Shown: positions 1 through 10,573, numbered from the whole stretch's first letter. The stretch: DNA of 63,342 nucleotides, filler included, from Kipferlia bialata (GCA_003568945.1; 5 parts of 4 records of this genome joined end to end with filler, not necessarily neighbours in it), one strand, 5' to 3'. Notes: generated by a model not told the origin, from the letters alone. Numbers and translations: made by a program.

Positions 1-4
1 TTTT

Positions 5-44
<40 letters not shown>

Positions 45-67
45 CCTACAATACTCTCCCTATTCAG

Positions 68-905
68 AACCTCCATCTGCTCTGATTCCAGGCACCCCCC
101 ACCCCGACCGAGCACCTTGTGTCCCCTGTGTACATCAGGTCTCTGATGGGGCAGAGGCAGCCCCTCAGTGGCCCAGCCGGTCTGGTCAACCCCATCTGCC
201 AGGTATCGGTATCTCTATCAGTTGTCTTGTTCACCACATCTGACCCCAGTGCTATGCCAATGCAGCCACCCAGGCTCTGCTGGCTGTCAGGCCCATCCTC
301 AACCACCTCAGGTACACTAGTATACAATATCCCTCTCTCCCCTGACCCACTCTGTTTTGTGTCCTCTCTCTCTTCTCTTATGTACTGCCCACTCCAAGCA
401 CTGTCCCCTCTCTCTATATACACTAACCCCCTAGGTCTGGGTACCACTCCAAGCACTGCCCCAGGAAGGGCAAGGGCTTCTGTGTGGCATGTGAGATGGA
501 GAAGGTGGGTATTAAATATACTTATAAATATGTGCTTGTGATAGTGCTTTGAATCTGTCGATCTCTGCCTCATACCAGGTCGCCAACCACCTCTACGGGA
601 ACCATGCAAGGAACGCCTTCCACCCCAAGGTATGCACATGGTTCATGTGTATTCATCATACCCACTCCTACAATGCTACTGCCCCTCACCCCTCAGGTTC
701 TGTTCAGGCACCTCAAGGCCCTGAACCCCTCCTTCAACCCCATCACCATGCACGACTCCCACGAGTACATCACATCCCTGCTCCAGAGGCTGTGCGAGGC
801 AGACCAGGCCAGGTAATATATATACATATATATATGTATATATATATAGATAGATACACTCAATGATTATACCCACAGAGGCTGTGCGAGGCAGACCAGG
901 CCAGG

Positions 906-938
<33 letters not shown>

Positions 939-3088
939 TAGATATATATAGATATATACTCAATGATTATACCTGCTCCAGAGGCTGTGCGAGGCAGACC
1001 AGGCCAGGTATAGTCTCTATGCACGCTCTTCATACAGTATCCACTGAGTCTGCTCTCTCATGTATCTCTCACCCCCAGAGAGGCAGGTGGCCGTGCCAAG
1101 AACCCCTCCGCCAAGAGACCTGCCCCCACCACAGCCTTTGACCAGCTGGTGGGAGGGTATGAGAGGCAGGTATGCAGCTTGCAAACATACATACCTGTGG
1201 ATACCTATACTACCCCCCCCCTCATCTCAGGTTGTGACGTGCTCCAAGTGCCAGGACGAGTCCATCACATTCAGACACTTCCACTCACTCTATGTCCCCA
1301 TCAAGGGGAGGCGTCTGAGTGACTGTCTCAAGGACTACACCTCAGACGAGACCCTCGAGGGCAGGAAGTGCCCCAACTGTGGGGAGGAGGCCGAGGCCAC
1401 CCTCTCCCACAGGGTCTGCATCCCACCCACCGGCCTCATCATGACACTGCAGAGGTTCGACCCCCTGCTCGCTGCACAGGGGCTGCCCGCCAAGGTGTGT
1501 GCCGTATTATTATATATATTATTATATTATGATATTATTATTATTATATATTGTCATAGAGTGTCATCTGATACCCACTACCCCTCAGGTCCGCAAGAGA
1601 GTGACGCTCCCCCCCGTGCTGGACCTAGGTTCGTGCATGACGGACTGGGCCAACAAGGAGTACGGGCAGACACTCTACAACCTGGTGGGAGTGGTGTGTC
1701 ACGCAGGTATGGACACACATGTACTAGATATATGCCATTTATATACACTCTCTCTTGTTCTCTATAGTCTGTCGTCCTGTATTATATTTCATCTCCAGGC
1801 ACCTACATGCATGCCGGCCACTATGTGAGCCATGTCAAGACACCAGTGGGCAGCTGGAAGTACTGCGACGACGAGAGTGTGTCCCGTTCCTCTGAGAAGA
1901 CTGCCTGCACCGACTCCAATGCCTATGTGCTTGTGTATGAGAGGGTGGAGGGCAAGGCAAAGGCCACGCCCCTCTTCAAGGAGAGCGGGGTGCTCTCCAA
2001 GGTCAAGGCAGAGAAGCAGCGGGAGGAGAGAGAGAGAGAGAAGGCAGCACGGGCCGCCAGGAAGGCAGAGGGCCCTGGGAAGGGCACCAAGCTGTCGATG
2101 GAGGAGTACCAGGCCCTGATGCGCCAGATCGAGGAGGAGGACAACAGTGAGAGCAGCGGCAGTGGAGACGACAGCAGCGACAGCGACTCTGACAGCAGCA
2201 GTGACACATCCTCAGAGGAGGAGGAGGAGGAGGAGGAGAGAGAGGGGAAGGGCATGGAGGTGGAGAGTGAGGCCGTGGCAGTGGCCCCTCTCCCTGCTGC
2301 CGCCCCCGCCCCCGCCCCCGTCCCCCTGAGCTTCACAGCCATTGGCGGCATGGGAGAGGCCAGTGAGAGTGAGAGTGGGGAGGACGGCCTTGAGGACTGG
2401 CAGCGGGTGGCAGCCCCAGTGCCCAAGATGGTGGGAGAGGAGGAGGAGCAGGAGGGGGAGGAGGAGGAGGTAGTACCCCCCAAGGAGGAGGTGAAGAAGC
2501 AGGAGGTTGTGAGGCCCCCCTCCCCAGTGGCTGCTGTGAAGAAGGTAGAGGTGGCACAGCCCAAGAAGAGGGTGGTGGTGTCCGGCGCCTCCCAGGACCC
2601 CTCCTCTGCCAAGAACAAGAGGAGGGCAGTCCCCACTGCGGCCAGGCCTGCCTCTCTCTCAGCTGTCCTAGGCCAGGGGTGGAGTGGCGCCAAGAGGAGA
2701 GTGGTGGACCCAACCATGGAGACAAGACTGGGGGGGGACGTCACAGAGTGGGACCAGGAGCTCGACCAGGTGTGTATCTATATATACCCCATACACTATG
2801 TCTCTCTGGGTGTCTATATATCTATGTACTTACCGCAGGGTAAGGTGCGCAAGACCAAGGCTGTGCGTGAGGAGAACAAGCGCATAGTGATGGAGAGGAA
2901 GGCCAAGGAGGCAGCTGCCTTCAAGAAGAAGAACAGGTACTGCTATATCCATATGTATATATATGTGTGTATGTACATATGCTTACACCAGGTGGAAGAA
3001 GGGCAAGGGCAAGGGTGCAGGCAGGGGTGGGAAGGGCAAGGGGGGCAGGTTCTCCGCCCCAAAGGCCAAGGCTAGGCCCCAGAAGTAG
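68..3088 (+). CDS. Ubiquitin-specific protease (peptidase C19, possibly USP36/42-like), multi-exon, 5' partial
   Basis: The spliced Cys box reads GLVNPICQ|CYANAATQALL (Cys codon at 250). It is followed by MHDSHEY, the zinc motifs CSKC and CPNC, LQRF, the His box GHYVSHVK and WKYCDDESV, then an acidic/basic low-complexity tail ending in TAG at 3086-3088. Confidence 0.9.
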
Positions 3089-3184
3089 AGGGGGAGAGAC
3101 TGCATCCACAGTGTGTGAATATCGTTAAAGACTTCGAAAGATAACTGTTAACTATTCTATTTTGGCCACAACCCGTGATGGGGC

Positions 3185-3630
3185 TTAAGCCATCTTCTTG
3201 AGCCGGAAGTACTTCTGGAGCCGCCTCATGATGAACAGAACGGCACAGGCATAGATGGCAATCTCGACAAAGGAGAGGAGGACAACACTGCGGCCAATAC
3301 GCTTCGACTTGTCCTGGGTGTGAGGGTCAAAGAGAGAGAATGAGAATGAGCCACCTTTCTGACTGGATGAATATATCTAGCTATATGTAGATGGCGACAG
3401 GATAGAGAAGGAGTATGACCCAATGGAGGGACACACACTGCTACGCCAGTCCAAACCAGACGCTGTGCCTCTCTGGTCCTGACCTACATATATATGTATA
3501 TGTTTATGATAGAGTGTATACCTGGTACTGTGCCTCTCTGGTCCTGGCCTCATTCTGCTGGGCAGAGATGGCCCTGACCTTGGTGTATATGCGCTTGAGA
3601 CCGTTATCAAGGTCTGAGGTGAGACGCTCA
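3185..3630 (-). CDS. p24/emp24/gp25L (TMED) family cargo receptor, last two exons only
   Basis: Exons 3522-3630 and 3185-3313 give ...LDNGLKRIYTKVRAISAQQNEARTREAQYQ|DKSKRIGRSVVLLSFVEIAIYACAVLFIMRRLQKYFRLKKMA*: a coiled coil, a TM helix and a YF..KKxx tail. The 5' part is lost at the homopolymer tract 3651-3723. Confidence 0.8.
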
Positions 3631-3636
3631 CTGAGT

Positions 3637-3667
<31 letters not shown>

Positions 3668-3813
3668 GGGGGGGGTTTTTTTTTTTTTTTAATAGACATT
3701 TTTCCCCCCCCCCCCCCCCCCCCACCTTCGAACTCTCTGAAATCTGTCCTCCCTGCCTTCTGTTGGTATCGAGTAGTCTTCCCTATTGGTACACTTGCGG
3801 CTCACTTACCCCA

Positions 3814-5910
3814 GGGCTGAGCCACCCTACATGTTCCACCCCCCAGGCCAGGGGTGGAATGATGAGGCGGCATATGCCGAGTCTGAGAGGGCCAGAGAGG
3901 TGATGGATGTGTGGGCAGCGAAGGGGAGTGACAGAGGCAGGACGCAGAGGGGCAGGGAAGGCGGGAGGAGCAGGGTGACACCCATCAGAGAGCTGGCCAC
4001 AGACGAGGTGTTCAAGTCACTAGGTGAGTGTGTATAGTGGTGTGACATACTCTGTCTCTCTGCCTCTCTCATCCCCTAGGTATCAGACCCTCTGTGCTCA
4101 TGACCCCCAAGCCTAAGAGAGAGGGAGAGAGGGGGAGGGACAGGACAGGCCAGGGCATGAGGGGTCAGGGTGGTGCTGGTGCCACATATCAGAGAGGGAG
4201 GGGGAGAGAGAGTGCGCAGGAGGACTCCTCCCCCTCTAGCTTTGAGCACTCAGTGGAGGATGAAATGGAGAGGGGGAGAGAGGTAGGGAGGGAGAGAGAG
4301 AGAGCGGCAGAGAGAGAGAAGTGGGACGCCTTCCTGGACCTTGGATCCCCAGAGAGGGAGAGAGAGAGAGAGAGAGAGCTAGAGGAATTCATTGAGAAGT
4401 ATGCCGAAAGGCTGGGTGCAGTGGCTAAGGAAACACGTGCTAGGGGGGTTGGGAGTGACAGTGGGGTGGACACCCAGTCTGTGGGGACAAGTCCCATAGT
4501 GTCAGGACCCATGCCTACATCAGGTGGAGAGAGGGTGGTGGAGAGTGGGATAATACCCACTATGCCCAGCCACACCCCTACCCCTCCCCCTCCCGCAGTG
4601 TCTGCATCTAGTACCCGTAGTACTCATAGTACTCATAGCACCCATAGTAGTACTCATAGCACCATGTCCAGTGGGAGTGACTCACATGTTGACCCCACCG
4701 TGGGTGTGGTAGGTGTTGGGCAGTATGTGTCCTCCCCACCCTCCACCCAGGACGTGCATGTCAGCTATGCCAGGCATGAGGGAGTGGGGACACAGAGAGA
4801 GGGGGAGGGGGAGAGGCAGGTGCAGAGGGGTAGAGAGGGGGAGGTGGATGGTCTCAGGGCTGAGCAGTGTGGGACTGAGAGGGAAGGCGGTGGGCAGTGG
4901 AAGCGTGTAGGGTCAGAGGGGGAGGGAGAGACAGGAAGGGAGTCAGTGTTGAGCCAAACTGCTCCTCTATCCATGGCTCTATCCAGGCCTGTCCACACAC
5001 ACCCAGCTGATGACCCCTCCAGCCATGCCCTGCCCCTGGACACCATGCCCACTAGCAGTATCAGTAGCCACACACACACCCACACACTGCACTCCCCGTC
5101 ACCCACTAGAGAACCTGCCCGTGCTGTGTCAGTGCATAGACTGGATCCCCTAGACACACTGACCACTGGCACTGGCCCTGTACATGCCATGTCTGACACT
5201 GGTGCTCGGTCTCCCTTGCAGCCTAGGCAGCCGTCCGTCTACCCGCCACCCACGGCCCCTCCCCATAGGCCATCCAGGTCTAGGTCTAGGTCTAGGTCGA
5301 GGAGTGGGTCGAGGGGGTCCAGATCCGTGTCTCTGGTTGTGGATGTGCCAGGGGTCAAGCCCAGTCTGTATGGGGTAGGGACCGTGGGAGAGAGCGGCCC
5401 CTCCCACCCCCTGTCCTCAGATGACGTCATAGCAGTGCCCCCAGACATAGCCATGCTGGTCAGGCAGTATGCTCAGCCCCATGCAGAGTATGGGGGGCCC
5501 TCTATCTCTCTGGCTAGCAGGGCCAGTGCCACTCCAACAGAGAGGAGGGACTCGGAGAGAAGGGGGTCTGGGAGGGGTGTTGCCCCAGTGTCAGGGACCC
5601 AGGGACCCTCTGCAGCCTCCACCCCCTATGGCGCCACGCCTTCCATGGCCGTGTCCATGTACCTAGGGGCCTCACCCTCCCTCTTCTCACCCCCTCTGCG
5701 GTCTGCCTCTCTCCTCAACAGTGGCAGAAGCTCTAGCTCAAGGGTCAAGGTGGGAGACGTTATGATATGTATCAGTATACAGCTCAATTTGGGCATCGAA
5801 GTCATGTATGTTCTGTATCCCCTAGAGTCACTATCTGACCCTAGGACTCCCTGCGCAGCATCAGAGAGCGTGTGCGTGATATCGATGCATCTATGTGGAT
5901 GGAGGACTAG
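3814..5910 (+). CDS. Hypothetical low-complexity Ser/Arg/Glu-rich protein, 5' partial
   Basis: Long open frame from 4094, flanked by GT-AG introns. The last exon reads DSLRSIRERVRDIDASMWMED* (TAG 5908-5910). No recognisable domain. Confidence 0.55.
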
Positions 5911-6049
5911 AGGGGGAGAGGTGCATTTCTACTAGTGTCAATGTGTGTATACTCAATAGAGTTCCATATGGTGTTTATCTAAAGACTGAGTGATAATGAA
6001 GTATGTGTTAATATGTAGAGACTGTGTTGTTTGTCTATCTATTGATACA

Positions 6050-6105
6050 TGTCACTCTGGCACTGGTTGCTATGTAGGCATTGACCAGGTACCGTCAGTG
6101 GGACA
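6050..6105 (-). promoter_or_regulatory. SECIS-like element in the 3' UTR of selenoprotein A
   Basis: Minus strand: UGUCCC-AC-UGAC-GGUACCUGGUC-AA-UGC-CUACAUA-GCA-ACCAGUGCC-AGA-GUGACA. It has a GA/GA core, AA 11 nt above the core and an apical mini-stem (type II), and starts 30 nt after the stop codon. Confidence 0.85.
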
Positions 6106-6134
6106 GTGTATATACATTGGTTTGGTACTACTGC

Positions 6135-6723
6135 CTAGTGCAGCAGACACCCTGCCTCTTCAAGAGCCTCACGGAACTCATCCTCAGTGGTACTCTGGGG
6201 GTGAGGGTGGGGGGGCACCTGTACATGTACGGGGAGAGGGACATGTCACTTCTATACACATACATATATATCCACAACACTCCCCCCACCTTCTGGAAGC
6301 CTATGACATCATACACCTCTCCGTCCCTCTCCAGCTCCACATAGGGCTGGCAGGACCTGGGGTGGATGACAGGTGAGAGGTAGGATTCATATAATCAGAT
6401 CTGTATGACAAGACCAAAGTAGGGAGATGGTACTCTTGTCGTCACCCACCTGTATGTCGTTGTGATATCATAGAGTGATGCGGATGGCCCCCTCACAAAG
6501 GACTTGATGCCGGGCCATCCGCCCATGCGTCATCCTCCTAGGGTTAGAGAGAGAGAATAAGAGATATAGAGAGAGATGATGAGTCCCCACCTGGTATGAA
6601 GAGGTATGCACTGGTGTCTGCCACCCTATCCCCATAGTCCTTCCTCCTGGCCCTGGGGAAGGCATCGGCACAGGCCATCCCAAAAAGGAGGAGTAGGAGG
6701 AGGAGGGAGCTCCACAGACGCAT
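6135..6723 (-). CDS. Selenoprotein A, Sep15/SelM (SELENOF/SELENOM) family, 115 aa, Sec codon TGA at 6530-6532
   Basis: Exons 6591-6723, 6450-6537, 6290-6356 and 6135-6194 (348 nt) give MRLWSSLLLLLLLFGMACADAFPRARRKDYGDRVADTSAYLFIPGG-U-RMGGWPGIKSFVRGPSASLYDITTTYRSCQPYVELERDGEVYDVIGFQKSTTEDEFREALEEAGCLLH*. It has a signal peptide. The pattern U-x5-P-x-IKSFVR ... PYVEL ... EF..AL...G matches Sep15/SelM as I recall the family. Confidence 0.88.
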
Positions 6724-6850
6724 GTGTCCCCTCTCCTATAAAGAGAGAGACTGAGGGACACCGAGTGTTCTGTATCGTCACTCAGACCCTCTACAGCAAC
6801 AGTCATACCCCTCAACAGCTATCTACAGTGGGTCTATTGATTGAGACCTC

Positions 6851-6907
6851 ACCACTCAAGATATCGGTTGCAGTGTATAGCAGTGGCCAGATATCCGTCA
6901 ACGTGGC
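6851..6907 (-). promoter_or_regulatory. SECIS-like element in the 3' UTR of micro-selenoprotein C
   Basis: Minus strand: GCCAC-GU-UGAC-GGAUAUCUGGCC-AC-UGC-UAUACACU-GCA-ACCGAUAUCU-UGA-GUGGU. The architecture matches the two neighbouring elements, but the apical loop has CCAC instead of CAA. Confidence 0.75.
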
Positions 6908-7008
6908 AGGTGGAAGTGAAGAGAGGAGAGAGAGAATGACTGAGCATACATCGTGTAGCAGACTATGCCACCCTCTCTGCAACTGCACCACCCCTAGACA
7001 TGAGGTGT

Positions 7009-7408
7009 CTACAGGGTGTCGGTGTTGATGTTCCTAGAGTAGTACACACCGCTGGCAGGACGTGGGGGGAGGGTGCTCTTCACTGGGGGTTAATGGATAT
7101 ACATATAGTGTATATGAGTGTAGTTGCCCCAATGATTGAAAGGCAACAGTGAGAGGTGGACTATCACAAATCCATACTAGACATACAAACCGCTCCATAT
7201 TCACTACCCCACGCCCTGCCCCACCTGACGGTCTCCTAGGGCCTCAGGCCATGGCCATCCCCAGCTGGGGTGGGGGGGAGTATGCGTGTGTTGCATATAC
7301 AGTGGAAGAACAACATACACAGTAATGCAGCATTACCAATGCTACCACCCCACATACCATTGCCAGCACCACGAGCATCACTAACACAAGGCTAGTCGGG
7401 GAGCGCAT
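7009..7408 (-). CDS. Putative novel 54-aa signal-peptide micro-selenoprotein (C), TGA at 7244-7246
   Basis: Exons 7358-7408, 7225-7264 and 7009-7082 (165 nt) give MRSPTSLVLVMLVVLAMLGMAMA-U-GPRRPSVKSTLPPRPASGVYYSRNINTDTL*. A SECIS-like hairpin lies about 100 nt downstream of the stop. The choice of the second donor site is inferred. Confidence 0.65.
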
Positions 7409-7585
7409 CTGAGACACTCGGCCGATGGAGAGAGGGAGGGGGGAGGGGGATGTACATGCGTCACACAGTATATGGCATCAACCGAGGTGGGGGTGAACAG
7501 CAACAAAGGAATGGGGTGTACAGTAGAGACTCACTGGAAAGGTGACACATCCAAACCACCACCACATACTCATTCATCTATTGGC

Positions 7586-7641
7586 TGTCACTCTGGACCC
7601 AGCTGCCGTGTTGGCATTGACTGGTATCCGTCAGTGTGACA
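7586..7641 (-). promoter_or_regulatory. SECIS-like element in the 3' UTR of selenoprotein B
   Basis: Minus strand: UGUCAC-AC-UGAC-GGAUACCAGUC-AA-UGCC-AACAC-GGCA-GCUGGGUCC-AGA-GUGACA. It carries compensatory substitutions relative to the element at 6050-6105. Confidence 0.88.
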
Positions 7642-7672
7642 CTAGATATGTGACAGTGTGTACACACCCTGT

Positions 7673-8382
7673 CTAGTACATCTCTCTCAGCAGACACCCT
7701 GCCTCATCCAGGATGGCCTGGAACTCATCAGAGGTAGTGGCCTGGGGTGAGAGGCATATTCAGAGGGTCAGCAGGTAATGGGGGGAGGGGGAGAGTGTGT
7801 AGAGAGTATCCGCTGTTCACCTTTGTGAGGTAGACTGTCTCGTACACCTCCCCGTCTCTCTCCAGCTCCACATGGGCCTCAATGCTGGGGGGTGAGATGG
7901 ATAGATAAACATAATAGAGTGACAGAGGGAGAGGGGAAGAGACAACTGTTAACATGTATGAGTATATTCACACACACTGCACTCACCCGCTCCTGTGTGT
8001 TGTTGTGAGGTCGTACAGCTCCTGGGATGGGCCCCTGACAAAGGACTTGATGCCGGCCCATCCCTTGAAACGTCATCCTCCTGAGGGTGGGGGGGAGAGA
8101 AGAGACAAAGAGAGACAGAGAGATGAAGAGAGAGAGAGAGGGACATCCTAGCTACCTGGGACGAACAGGTATGCACTGGTGTCTGCCCCCTTTGTGCCAT
8201 AGTCTGCCCTCCTCATCCTGGGTAGGCCACAGGAGGCAAGGGTGGCCTGGGGGTAGAAGGCATATGCATAGAGGGGGGGGGAGAGAGAGAGAGAGGGAGA
8301 GAGGGAGAGACTACCCACATCCACTCACCATTGACAGCACCAGGAGCACCAGCAGCACTAGGCCGAGGTGGTGGTGCGGCAT
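7673..8382 (-). CDS. Selenoprotein B, Sep15/SelM family paralog, 123 aa, Sec codon TGA at 8073-8075
   Basis: Exons 8329-8382, 8156-8246, 7987-8080, 7821-7884 and 7673-7741 (372 nt) give MPHHHLGLVLLVLLVLSMATLASCGLPRMRRADYGTKGADTSAYLFVPGG-U-RFKGWAGIKSFVRGPSQELYDLTTTHRSGIEAHVELERDGEVYETVYLTKATTSDEFQAILDEAGCLLREMY*. The TGA and three intron positions are shared with paralog A. Confidence 0.88.
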
Positions 8383-8822
8383 CTCTGAGATACTCCCTAG
8401 ACAAAGGTCAGTCCACTTAGACACTAAGAGGGGGAGGTGAGGAGGATGGCAGTCACCCTCCCCCTCTAACTGATGACCCCGTTGTACACCCTGGGCTGTG
8501 TCTACTGTGACATGGTCTCTCTCTACTGTGACACAGGGAGGGTGTACAGTGGGGGAGCGAATGGTGGTTTCCACACTTGTCAGACACCATGCAGGAAGAG
8601 GGGTCGTTGGGTACCCTATCCCTCAATGGCTCCTAACCGCATGACACATTCATACACATGACCAGGTGTCAGTTGTGTTAGAGTGTATTAGAATAATAGA
8701 GAAGACTAGTAGAGAAGAGCAGACAGTGTGAGCCAATGACACCGATATGTGACGTTTGAGCGTCCCAATCATCCCAAGGATTGCCACATCTCTCCTTCTC
8801 ATCCACCCATCCACCCCTTGCA

Positions 8823-9259
8823 ATGACTGAACCCACCCCCAAGTACAGACTGGACTACACCCCTCCCACACACGATGTAGAGGTAGGGGTGTGTGTATAC
8901 TTAGGGTGGAGACGGAGTACTGCTCATATATAGTCAAGTCCTAAATATGTGTGTGATCTCCTTCTGACCCCCCAGTGTGTGTCTCTGTCATTTGTCATCA
9001 AGGACGGCACCACAAGAGTGACATCGGAGGCTGTATACGTCACAAGGGGAGAGGAGGTGGGTTAGGGGTCATCCTACACACATACTCACACTGGTCACAA
9101 CACACTCTCTCTCTCTGCTCATGCCCAGGCCACCCCCCTGTACCTCGATGGCGAGGCCCTGACCCTTGTGTCCATATCCATGGACGGTATACCCCTGGCA
9201 GAGGGGGAGGGATACACCCTGCAGGAGGAGGGGCTCACAGTGACACAGACAAGGGGCAG
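8823..9259 (+). CDS. pepN: Aminopeptidase N (M1 family, PepN type), first three exons only
   Basis: MTEPTPKYRLDYTPPTHDVE|CVSLSFVIKDGTTRVTSEAVYVTRGEE|ATPLYLDGEALTLVSISMDG... matches the PepN N-terminus (KYRxDY.xP..., PLxLxGExLxLVS). The gene is cut at the poly-C tract 9306-9385. Confidence 0.8.
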
Positions 9260-9594
9260 GTGGTGTAGTGCTCTGGATATCAACATGTATCCCTCCCTGT
9301 ACAGCCACCCCCCCCCCCCCCCCCCCCACCCCCCCCCCCCCCCCCCCCCCACCCCCACCCCCACCCCCCCCCCCCCCCCCCCCCCAAAGAGGAAAAGAAA
9401 ACGATGCCAAGTTCACCGGCCTTACAATGTGAAATGTATCCATAATCTCTAGCTTCATTTGGCATCTCTACTCTCGATTGTATGTTATCTCCTTAGGTAT
9501 TTGGACACAACTCTTGTACCTTTACAGTGCTGGTGCCAGTGGCCTCTATACCCACTCAGGCCTTGTTGTGTGGTTGATATTGCCTCTGACCCTA

Positions 9595-10447
9595 GGGGAT
9601 GGTCACTGTCTGTTCCGAGGCCTGGCAATGTCACTCAAGTCAACAGTCAGGGAGCTGAGAGAGGAGGTAGTATACACTGTTTAACATGAGTACTGTCGGT
9701 GAAGGGCTGCTGCCTGCTGGGACGTGTATTCATAGCTGAATTCTTTTCTATTTCGTGTTATTGTTCGACACTATCATTTGTATCGTGTAGAGTTTGTTTC
9801 TTATCCCAATGTAGTCTTAGGCCCTCTACTCAGCAGTCTCTTCTGACATCAGTGCTCTAGTGCTATTGAGTCTGACTTCTTACGCATGTACACAGGTGCT
9901 GACAGTGTCAGTCGTGTGTTCTTCCCAGGTCGCTATGCAGACTGCCTAATGCGTGGTTACAACACAGCCTCTGAGCCTGATTGGGTACCAAACATACACT
10001 GTATGGTGCATGAAGCCCAGAGGGAACTGCGTGCCGAGAATGTAGTATCAGACGCCTCGCTAGGTGGTGAGGAGGAGATAGGGTACCTGTCCCACCTCCA
10101 TGGCATCACCACCCACGTTGTGTCTCTGAGGCAGTGTCCCATAGAGGGGTGTACAGTCACGTCATCTGTGTACAGTGCCACACAGCAGCAGGTATGTACG
10201 GGATGTCACTTTGATCATGAGTATCTAGTGACTCTCACACAAGGATGTCGAGGACTACAAGAAGTACCCCAGCCATGCCTGTGTCCTTGTGCATTGGTCC
10301 CAGGGGGAGGACTGCCACTACGACATGGCCACTCTGAGAGGTAGAGTATCAATGACACCCAGGGAGGCAGCAGGGGTGGCAGAGTGGCTGCAGGGTGCAC
10401 TCATGACACAGACCGGGGGGTGGGCACAGGCACCGTGGGATCGGTGA
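9595..10447 (+). CDS. OTU-domain deubiquitinase (5' end uncertain)
   Basis: The motifs GDGHCLFRGL, LGGEEEIGYLS and CHYD occur in the OTU order across spliced exons. Stop is TGA at 10445-10447. One internal junction is unresolved. Confidence 0.75.
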
Positions 10448-10573
10448 GGTTGAGGAGTGAACTGAAATGAGGGAATATCAGAGTCATGCAATATAGCCTC
10501 TACACCCAACAAAAACCACCAACGTTGTATCTCTATTAATATGAAACAAATAACCGTATCAGGGCCCACCCCC

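Noticed and set aside
3255..3903. Plus-strand gene suggested by the ORFs at 3255 and 3415
   Set aside because: The minus strand encodes a convincing p24 C-terminus over the same interval.
6530..8075. General reassignment of TGA, or pseudogenisation, as the explanation for the in-frame TGAs
   Set aside because: TGA is a normal stop in eIF2B-epsilon, UTP6 and CENP-C. The TGA sits at the family's Sec position in both paralogs, with synonymous-biased conservation downstream and SECIS-like hairpins.
8482..8549. Inverted repeat TGTACACCCT...AGGGTGTACA upstream of selenoprotein B as a fourth SECIS
   Set aside because: It lacks the UGA/GA core and apical AA, and it lies in a divergent promoter region rather than a 3' UTR.
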